64,000 bases of DNA, from contig JAAOMT010000352.1 in the NCBI GenBank assembly GCA_016748015.1, positions 186,001 through 250,000 on the forward strand, read 5' to 3'. The position numbers were made by a program, and so were the translations under genes. Below the pieces are notes generated by a model. It did no database searches, had not been told where the DNA came from, and was given only the letters and a program-made list of their open reading frames with translations. Positions 22,536 to 33,294 of this stretch are shown in pieces (position 1 is the stretch's first letter; each line of letters opens with the position of its first letter). Origin of the DNA: Geosiphon pyriformis uo1 (Eukaryota; Fungi; Glomeromycota).

Positions 22536-25348
22536 TAAAAGTGATGTTTTCTGTGAGGTTGTTAAAATTCACTTATTTTCTTATTGTATGGGTAATTATT
22601 TATATTTGTTATAACAATCAGAAAAATACTTTACAGTACATAACAAAAACAACTTAAATTTTATTGTACTTAATCCTCTGTCTTTTTGCTTGATCTGCTT
22701 TTCTTTTGAAAAACAATTCAGTAAACAATTCCAAAATTTTTGGAACTGGTTTCTGAATAAGCATTTAGCTGAAACTTACACAGCTTATACAACCTACTTC
22801 TCTGATCAAGTTTATTTTGAAAAAACTTCTAAAGAAAAAAACAACAGTATTAATTAGTTTTTATATTCAACAACTTTTAAACAACAGTCTCCTAATTTTG
22901 AATATTTGAATTACCAAATTTATATCTAGATTGCTGCCTACCAATTAGCTAAAACCTTTTTTAAAACAGAAAAAAAAAGTTACCAAACTGCTTTTGTTTT
23001 TGATTTTTTTTCAAGTAAATTAAAACATTTTACACAAACAGTTACTTCTAAATCAATGGCTGTTAACTCTATACAAGCAAACATCCTGGCTGTTTTTCAA
23101 GGTATACAAATTGTTTTAGGACAAAAAAACAATACCTTATTATTATTATTCAAAAATAATACACAAGATTTAATTAAATAATTAGATAATTTTAAAAAAA
23201 CTGTTATAGTTAACCAATATAATAATAAGTACAAATTTTAAATTATTGGTGGCTATTTCCAAGACTTTTTTGCTATCTGGTTTTTACAAAAAACTAATGC
23301 TGATGCTCTCTAAAAAATTATTAAATAGACACCAATTAATGCTAAAGAAAACAATACTTCTTTTATTATTCAGTTTGAAAATAAATTCAAAACTCCAATC
23401 TTAATATTTAAGTAATATATAAAATTAGAAAAAAGAATTCAAAATCCTAGTAAAGTTGTAACTAAATATGCCAAAGCAATCAAAAAATTTATCAAATAAG
23501 TTAACTCTAAAAAAAACTAAACAAAAAACCAAAAAATTTATTTTTTTACAAAAAAATTGAAAACTGATTTTTCATATGCTTTTTGGCCTTTCTTAGCTTT
23601 AAAAAATAACTCTACTATAAATATGGCTATTAAACTTGTTCAGAAAATAGAAAACAACTAAAGGATACATTTGGGATCTACACTTCTGGTTTTTGCTTTT
23701 GCTCTTGTTATGGCTTCTGCTTCTTAAATGGCTGCTACTTTTTTTATTGCTTAAACCCAAAACCCAAATAAACAATTAATAGATAAACTTACAGCCAATC
23801 TTGCTTGATTACTAGAACTTTTAGCTTAAGGAGTCAGAGAAACTTAACAACTATAAAGATTCAGATTTAAACCACACTTTAATCAATTTCAGCAATTACT
23901 ATATTAAAGACAACAAAATTGTGGTCCATTAATATGTTATTACTGTAAATTAACTAGATATTTCTTAAAAGATTACAACAATATTTTCTTGCTTTCTCTA
24001 GTTCCTAGAAACAATAATACTTAAAACAATAGACCTAATAACAATAATGCCCCCAATTAAAGATCTAATCATGTTAACATTAATTTCTTTGAAAAAAATT
24101 TCTTAGTTAAAGCTACTGTTTATTAGTCTTTAAATTAATAAACATATCTCTAAAAAGTGAAAGTACAAGTCAACCAGAAAAAAACTTCTTTTATGTCTTT
24201 AACCTAATTAATAATAATTATAACATAGATGAACTGGCTATTAACTCTTTTAATTTAACAAGAAAAAAAAAAGCAAAGGTTAATTTTGTCTTGGACTTCA
24301 ATAAAGCTTTCATATTAATTGCTGTTACCAGACGAAATTAGAGATATTGTTTAGCATGAAATTACCCTTATAAATTTTATCATTAATTAGCATATATTAT
24401 CGTTTCAAATTATCACTTATTACATTAGCAAAATATCCGAAATTATCATTTAATTAATAACCCAATTTATACATAACACAAATGTACCTAATTGTGATGA
24501 TCAATCATGCAATACACCAAACTATGTAACATTCAAAAAGTTTGCCAAAATTTGTAAGAAATTTGCCAAAATAATTGATAGTTCACTGAAATATTTAATA
24601 GTTTGCAGAAATAACTTGTAGTTTGCCGAAATGTATCTTTAATTCAGCAAAATTATAGAAAATAGCAAAGTTCAAGTTCATAGAATAGTGTTATAACAAG
24701 TTGTATAAAAAAAGAGCTTCTCTCTTCGAGAAAATATATCTTACTTTAGATTTATCACTTAGAACTATTCCTACACACACAAAAAGAAATAAATATCAAA
24801 TAAATTTGAAAAACCAAATTCTTTAATTATTGCACTTGAAAAATTCTCAAAACCCAACTAACATTTTGAAATTGATTAGCTACCAATTTCAGTAAACTGT
24901 TAGTGACTCCAGGCCTGAATAGAAAATGTTTCCCTTGATAAAATTCTATTTCTTTTACATTTCTTTTATTTTTTTTTCTTTTCTTATTACAATCATTAGG
25001 GTAGTCTACAGGCGAGATTCCTGTAGAAGAGTTGACTTTTACAGCAAAGTAACTACACATTTTTAGTGAGCTTCCAGACAAGCAATTCCTGGGAAAAAGT
25101 TGATGTTTACTACAATGTAACTATACAAAGCAACTGGCACAGAATTGGCCATTTCACTTATAAGCCCAGCAGTTCAAATTATAGGAGATAATTTGAAGAG
25201 AAAATTCAGTTATTGAAGATTCAACCACATCCAGAAAACGTGAATTCACAGCAAAACAACATTACCAACATTTAAGAAAAGAGACCAAAAACCTCTGGTA
25301 ATATTTGGTGCTCTCTCACAGAAATAACACAGCAACAACAAATTCAAA

Positions 25349-28300
25349 GTGGCGACCACACCAGACACAGCAACTCTAGAGTATTACCAGTCAATTTACA
25401 CACACTGCAAGCAAAGATTCAACATTCCAGACGGAATTGAAATTGTCAAAAAATCAGTATACCAATACATTGAAAACTGCATCAACAATTATTTTTTGGA
25501 AACTACAATATTTTAGAAGTTAGAAGTAACCTCTACAATAATTTAATGCACTATTCACAATTGGGAACAGAAGACCTGAACAGTGAAACACTTGCTACCT
25601 ACTTCCAAGAACTTAATTTTAACATTATTGAGTATTGTGAAGAAAAATACCCAGTACAGTCTAAATACTCTTTTGACTTTGAATCAGAGACAGAAACAAG
25701 CAACAAAGGCAAACAAAAATTGAAGCAATACTCAAAAACTGCCCTAAATACTCCAATACTACCAAAAACAACTGCCAAACACTTACAAACACCTGAACAA
25801 GGAACCAGTTCAAAACTTCCACTCACTATTACACCTTTTCCAGCTTCACTTGCACAAGCAGAAACTCCTAATTCACCTTTAAATTGATTTTCAAGACTAA
25901 AAGATTATACATCACCCAGAAGTCCCACCAGACAACAAAAAACTCTTCAGACTAGTACCAATCTTTTTGACTATTTAACAGAAAACACAAGTGAACACTC
26001 TGAAACATTAACCAATGAAGAAAATGTTTCTGAATTCATTGAAAAAAAAGTAGAATCTGAAGAAGAAAGTGAATTAACAGATAACAAGAAAGAAGACAAA
26101 ATAACAGCTTATATTGCAAAAAATTCCCAAATTTAATGGAGAAGATATTGAGACCAGTCCCCAAGAATAGCTCAACCAAGTTACTAAAGCTGGAGATGCA
26201 AATGGATGGAATGCTGCCAGAATGTTAAGAACAATTCCCTACTTTCTCAAAGAAACAGCAGATGAATGATTCAAAAACTTGACCACCTCTTTTAATAACT
26301 GGACAGCTTTCAAAACTGCCTTTTTAGAACAATTCACTGATAACAACATCTCAATCACACTTCAAAATTGTTTTCATAATATCAAACAAAAACCCTCTAA
26401 ATCTGTTATGACTTATATTGGGAAATTCAACAAACTTCTCAAATGAATTCGCCAACTTGAAACTAATAATTATTATTCTGATGCTCAAATCTTGAATCAA
26501 TTTATTGCTGGTTTAAAGAATAAACTGATTAAGAAAGTTCGTCCACATGCACCAGAAGATTTAGCCACTGCTATTTAACAGGTGAAAAACTATAAAATGG
26601 CCATAGAAGAAGCCAACTATACCAAACTTGTTAACCTGGCTATTGAAGAAACCAGCTCAGCAGCTGAAGAAAAAATTGACCAATTAACCAAGAAAGTTGA
26701 ACACTACTTCACCAACCAACAGCAACAACAGCAGCCACAACAATTACAATAAACACAAAGATACTAACTTCCACAAAGACGAAATCAAAATAACTTTGCA
26801 CCACTTTCTAATAATCAGCTTTAGAATTGCCATTACTGTGGAATCTCTGGCCACTAAAAAAAAGATTGCAGAAAGCTACAATGAGACCAACAAAATAGGA
26901 GTAATCAACATTACTCTCCACCACAGCAATCTTATTATTAACCACTACCACCAGCTTACTATCCACCAAGACCCCAATACCAAAATAACTATTATCAGCC
27001 CATCCCACAGCCAATCCAACAGCAATACCAACAACCAACCACACAACATTATCAAGTACCTGCTCAAAGATTGATTCCACAAAATCAATTTACACCACAA
27101 AACTGATACCAAGTAAACAACAATAGGATCAATTCAAACAACTAATTGGTTCCCTGAAATTCAGTTCAACCAAAATCCAACCACTATCATATTCAAACTA
27201 GTTATCTTACAATGCCAGAAGAACAGGATTTTCACCATACTGCACTTTCAGAAGGTAGAGCTGTAGCACAACGACAAAACTTTTCCTATACTCCTATCAC
27301 AATCCCACCAGCCAGAATTGCTGAAAATGCCAACCTGTCAGATATATTTCCTTTTGAATTTGAAGCAAATGAATCACCATTTTTGCTTAGCAATGCAGCG
27401 GTTAATGAGCAAAAAGCCATCACTGCAATGTACACAGAAGCTGAAGTAGAAGGAAAGCCAATTTGCTTGATCCTAGACAATAGATCTGCCGAAAGCATCA
27501 TCACATATCAATTGATGCAACAGCTAAAGAGAAACGTTGACCAACCAGCTCAGACAATCATTGTCACTGCTGATGGCATGAAAAAGACTCCAGTAGGAGA
27601 GATTGACAACTTCCCATTCACAATTGACGGAATTACCATTCCAGTCAAAGTTCTGGTCATGGATGCTCCCCAATATCAAGCTCTTGTCAAAAACAATTGG
27701 CTCCAAAAAGCCAATGCTAATTTGAATTGGGAGACACAAGAGTTAACAATCTCCTACCAAGGACAACACGTCCGAGTACCTGCCACTTGTGGTACATTCA
27801 ACAAACACTCTAAAAAAGTCCCGGCTTTTGAATTCGAACCGGAAGAAGAAAAACCCATCATTAAAACATTTATGGCACTTGGATCAACCTCCAATTGGGC
27901 TGATAAAACTGAACAATAGTATTTTTCAACATATGATTCTCTTGAAACAAAAGAACTAGTAACACTTAGATGGAATGTCCCCTATTCAAAACCAGAACCA
28001 CAAAAACAACGCCCTTACATTCCACTCAAATGCAAAGATTGCCACAAGAAACTTTCATCAATGGGAGCCTGTATTTCACCTGAAGAAGAATATGAAAATC
28101 ATACTTGTTATTACTGCAAGGCTTGCTACAGAGAATAATGGGGCCACCTAATAAAAAGAAGTGGAAAATGGGACAACACTCCTTGTTTGACTTGTGGAGA
28201 TATGCTACCAGAAGAATGCAATTGGATTGATGTAGCAATGAAAGGAGGCATTTGCGATCAGACCTGCCAATATGCTTTATCAATTTTAGAAAAAGTCAAA

Positions 28301-31024
28301 AGAGGAACACCTTTTGATGCTGCTTACAATAGTGCCCTCAACAAACTATACTATTACCCTTATAATGCCGAAATGATTTTTGATTTAGCAATAGCTTTAA
28401 TCAATGGAGCCACTCAAGAAAATGTTCGTCAAATGAAAGAATCAGAATACATTGCATATATCTTTGAAATTGCTGGATATAACTACGAAGATGAAGTAGA
28501 AGTATATCACCAAATTACCAGTCACACCTACCCGACCAAAGAAGCTCAAGCTCAACGGCTAAAGCAAATGAATATTAAATTATGTGAGGAATGCATAATG
28601 CCTTGTGATGAACAATGGTGTCTTAAATGCTATACTCTTAGCATTTCCTTGCCCAGTGAAAGTGATAAATATGAAATTGAATTCAGAGAACCTAAAGCAA
28701 CAGAAGAAATAGAAGCCACACTCATTTATCTCATCAAAAATCAGTCTGCTTCACAACTTAAATACTTCAACAACAATGGACAAGGAATAAAGTCTGAAGA
28801 AATCCACAAAATTGATGCTGGATATGATCTAAAATATCCAGAAAAAGATACTCTTACTTTCAAACCTAAATCACTCACAAAAATCAATCTCAAAATTGCC
28901 CTCAAAATTCCACCAGGAGCAATGGTCCAAATTGCTTCACGATCATTATTGGTGAGCAAAGGAATTAATGTTAAAGGAGGAATCATAGATGCGGGATATA
29001 CAGGAGACATTACAATCATGTTACAAAATAAAACCAATAAATCTTTTCAAATTGAACATGCTGAAAAAATTGCTCAAGCTATTTATTTACCCTTAATCAA
29101 CATTTCGGGTTTACAATTAGTCAGTCAAAAAGAACAATTGAGAAAGAGTGAAAGAGGAACCAAAAGTTTTGGTTCAACTGGACAATTCACAGTTCTAGTA
29201 AACATAGCTCTTAATGAACAAAATGAATTTCACCAGATTTTACAACTCCCACAACCAATTACTATTTCATTCTTTGGAGAACATCTGGAAATCTACACCT
29301 GCCCAAAGTCAACAACCACACAACAAATTTTTGAATCCAACGAACAAGTCTGCTTGGAACATAATATCTCAATCCCAAACATTTATATTTTAGAAGAAAC
29401 AAAGAAAGTCTGAGTTACTTTTTACAATCCCAATAATTATCCCATAGTTTTATTAAATAACTTAGAAATTGGAGTCATTCACAGTAACATCTTTCAACAA
29501 GAATTACCCTAGACAGTTCCCAATTTCTCAGAAATCATTGAACATTCACTACCAAAAATCAACCCAAATTCCAGTTCTAAAAACTACCATGTTGTTATAG
29601 AAAAACTATCTCAAATCAACATGGAACAACTTGAACTACAACAACAGAGCCAGCTCAAAGAGCTAATTGCAGAATTTGCCGATATTTTTGATGAAAACAA
29701 CAATGATTTAGGAAAAACCAATTTGGTTCAACACTAAATCTATACAGAAGATGCCAAACCAAAGTGACAACAAGCCTACCAAATTGCTCCAGAAAGTCAC
29801 TAATTTATCTGAGAAAAAATGCAACAGATGCTTAACAATGGTCTTATTTAACCATTGATGAGTCCATGGGCCTTACCTGTGGTTCTAGTTAAAAAGAAAA
29901 ATGGAAAGATACGATTTTGTGTTGATTATCAACAACTCAACAGCATTACTATTGGAGATGCCTACCCTCTTTTCCGAATTGATGACATGTTGGATGCTCT
30001 TGGAAAGTCCAAATACTTTTTGACATTAGATTTAGAAAGCAAATACTGGCAAGTTGCCATGGATCCCAAAGACCACCCCAAAACAGCATTTACCACACAA
30101 GGAAGAAATTACAAGTTCAACATAATGCCTTTTGGATTATGCAATGCACCAGCAACATTCCAAAGACTCATGGATGTTGTTTACAAAGACCTTCTTTGGA
30201 AATCAGTAGTTGTCTATCTTGATAATATTGATGTTTATTCACCATCTTTTGAATTACATTTAAAACACCTGCAAGAAGTTTTTTAATGATTACAAAAAGC
30301 AAGATTAAAACTGAACATTGAAAAATGCTACTTTGGAAAAATGAGTTTGGCCTTTCTTGGCCACATTGTGAGCAAAGATGGAATTAAACCAGATTCTGGA
30401 AAAATCAACACTGTTAAGAACTTCAAGACTTCACGAAATACCACAAAATTGAGAGAATTTATTGGATTAGCTTCCTATTACCAAAAATTCATCAAAAAAT
30501 TTTCAAAAATCACAAAACTTTTCAACCAGCTCACTACTAAAAACGTCAAATACAAATGAACAGAAGAACACCAAAAAGCTTTTGAAATTCTCAAGGAAAA
30601 GCTAACAACAGCTCCAATTTTAGCCTACTCAGACTTCAATAACCAATTTTGACTAGCTACAGACGCTTCTTACACTGCTTTTGGTGCCATCTTATCACAA
30701 TTAGATGACAATGGAAATAAGCGAGTAATCGCTTATGCTAACAGAACATTAAAACCAGCCAAGAAAAACTACCCTGCCACAGAACTAGAAACAACAGCCA
30801 TAATTTGGGCCCTACACCACTTCAACCTTTATCTCAGACCTAAAGAATTCGATATTATCACTAATAATATTGGACTCAAATGGCTTCAGAACAAAAACAC
30901 TTAGCTAAATGCAAAACAAACCCAATGGACAGAATTTTTAGCCAACTACTGATACATTATACACCACAAATCAGAAAAACTTCACACTAATGTTGATTGT
31001 CTTTCAAGAATGAGGCAAGATTAG
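25349..31024 (+). pseudogene. B1 ORF1: N-terminal extension, Gag, CCHC knuckle, protease, Cys-rich insert, dUTPase, RT, RNase H
   Basis: One reading frame apart from compensating 1-nt indels (~25495, ~26120) and transition-derived stops. GDANGWNAARML capsid region; CHYCGISGH*KKDC at 26828; LILDNRSAES (decayed DSG); DAGYDL/ASRS/GIIDAGYTG/KIAQ/RGTKSFGSTG; MPFGLCNAPATFQR; YLDN; TDASYTAFGAILSQ; ends LSRMRQD*. Confidence 0.92.
28760..29185 (+). pseudogene. dUTPase domain within B1 ORF1
   Basis: All five trimeric dUTPase motifs recognisable in ORF 28187..29413. Confidence 0.95.
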
Positions 31025-31070
31025 AATACAAAACCAACACCCATTTGAATTAACAACAAAACAACAAACA

Positions 31071-32456
31071 ATGAACTCTGAAAACTACAACAATCTTAAA
31101 CAATATTTGAAGACATTAACAATCCCAACAGATTGGTCTCCAGATGAAAAACATTGATTACAACAACAAGCCAAACAATACTTCTTATACAACAACATTA
31201 TTTATTATCGAAACTTCAGAAACCCAGACAGTCTGCTCAGATTAATACAAAAACATAAAAAAGAAACCATTTTATATAACATGCACTCAGACCCTTCATC
31301 AGCACACCTAGGAAAAAACAGCACCACCCAGAGAACACTAGAATATTATTTTTGGCCTTAAATAAGAAAAGACATTCATGAATATGTTAAGTCTTGTGAT
31401 AGTTGTCAAAAAAGAGGAGGAACTCATCCTATAGAACCTTTAAATCCAATCAAAGTTGGACAGCCTTTTGACTGAGTTGGTATCAATTTAGTCGGATCAC
31501 TTCCTATCACAAACCAAAGAAACCATTATATTGCAGTAGCTGTAGACTATCTCATCAAATGGCCTAAAGCCAGAGCCATTTAACGAGCAGATGCAAAATC
31601 AGTAGCAAACTTCATCTATGAAGACATCATTTGTAGACATGGATGCCCAATAGAACTTTTATCTAATCAAGGAACACATTTCATGAACAATTTAATCCAG
31701 GAAATTTGTGGACGATTTAATGTCAAGAGACCATTATCTTTGCTTTACCATCCACAAACAAATGGACTTGTAGAACATTTTAATAGAACATTGTATGAAT
31801 CATTAACCAAAGTTTCAACTGATTTTGAGCAAGAATGGGATCTTTTTATTCCATCAGTATTACTAGCATATAGAACACTAAAACAAAATACCACAAAACA
31901 CACACTATTTGATTTAACTTATAGAAAGACAGCAACATTACCAATTAGTTTTACAGTGGAAACATACTCAGCACAACCAATCAATAAAAACAATTTCCAG
32001 GAAACACTACAATGAAGAGCCTACACTCTGCTTAGCATGTTAGAAGAAAAACAATGAATAGTAGCCACCCATATTAAACACTCCCAAGCTCAACAAAAAG
32101 AACAGCATGATAACAAATTGCCTCCAGTTACCAATAGATTTAAAATTGGAAACAAAGTTTTCTTACACAAAACTAAAGTGGAAAAACAATGAACTGAAAA
32201 ATTTGAAAATAAATGGGATGGACTATTTTTTATCCATGAAATCTTAGGCAACGGATCATACAAGCTAAGACTTAATGACAAAATCCTAGCAAAAGTTGCA
32301 CATGGAGATTGTTTGAAACACTATAATTCCAGAAACAATCCTAAATCATTAATTCCACAAATTGGTACACATTCCTCTTTAATTAATTCCAAAGATATTC
32401 TCCAAAATTTAGAACCAATAGTTGTCATTAAACAACCTCCCAACTTAAACACTTAA
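31071..32456 (+). pseudogene. B1 ORF2: stand-alone integrase, 461 codons
   Basis: Own ATG (aaacaATGaac) 46 nt after the ORF1 stop, in a different frame. HSDPSSAHLG...SCDSCQKRG; VGINLVG; LSNQGTHF; HPQTNGLVEHFN; GPY/F-like KWDGLFFIHEILGNGSYKL; TAA 32454-32456. No chromodomain seen. Confidence 0.9.
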
Positions 32457-32574
32457 TTTAAATTTATTATTATAATTATCTCCTTATAATTTAGAAACAA
32501 TCTCACAAAAACAAAACAAAAATAACATAAAAACCCATATACCAAAAATAATTTTTATTTTCAAATCTCTTATA

Positions 32575-33294
32575 ATGACTATTCCTCAAAACATTTAACA
32601 ATTATTCCAAAAACTAATATTAGCTTTAAAAACAATACCCAAATTATCTATTACTGTTACTGGAAACCACATTAATTATACCCAAACAGAAGTAGTTACA
32701 AATTTAGCCCCAAATGCACAAAAATATTACCTGTATAAGAAGAACACAAGAAGTTATTCTGGAATTCACCTGCCAGAACTTTTAAAGCTTGCTTTAAGAG
32801 AAAATTTAATGCTCACTTCTATTAGTATTCTATCAAATGCTACTATTCAACAAAAACTCCAACTGTGTCTTAATGAAGAAAACTACAACTATATTCCAAT
32901 ATATAGATATTTCTACATTGGAAAAACACTTTACGAATGAAAACAGGAGCTTATAGCAGCAAACCTTATAAAAGAAGCTATTCGGAAACAACTCCACAAT
33001 GAATTCAAGACAACAGCTGGACCTACAAACAGCCATTATAAACTAAGAGCTGCTCTTAAACTTTATGACCTATTCCACACCTGTAAAAACGTCCTACAAA
33101 ACCCAATTTTACAGTCTTTGAAGATTCAATACATTGGAAAGCTTACAAAACTGAAATTTCAACAATTTTCAGACCAAATTTTTTCAATAATTTTGGATTA
33201 TTATTTGGAAATTACAGACAGTACTTGGACTTTAATGGAGCTCAGTCTTGAGGAGGAGATTATGTTACCAGATAAAATTAGAGATATTGTTTAG
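32575..33294 (+). pseudogene. B1 ORF3: accessory protein, 239 codons, overlapping PPT and U3
   Basis: ATG at 32575; two internal stops (likely CAA->TAA, CGA->TGA); ...YRYFYIGKTLYE*KQEL...LRAALKLYDLF...LQNPILQSLKIQYIGKLTKLKFQQFSDQI...EEEIMLPDKIRDIV*; homologous to 58570..59275. Confidence 0.85.

Noticed and set aside
24827-25081. Recurrent LTR antisense ORF MCSYFAVKVNS (also 57861..58112)
   Set aside because: It recurs only because the LTR is repeated; the other LTR copies give no equivalent ORF in the track and no motif is recognisable.
32575-33294. ORF3 as a retroviral envelope gene
   Set aside because: Short, with no evident signal peptide, furin site or transmembrane anchor.
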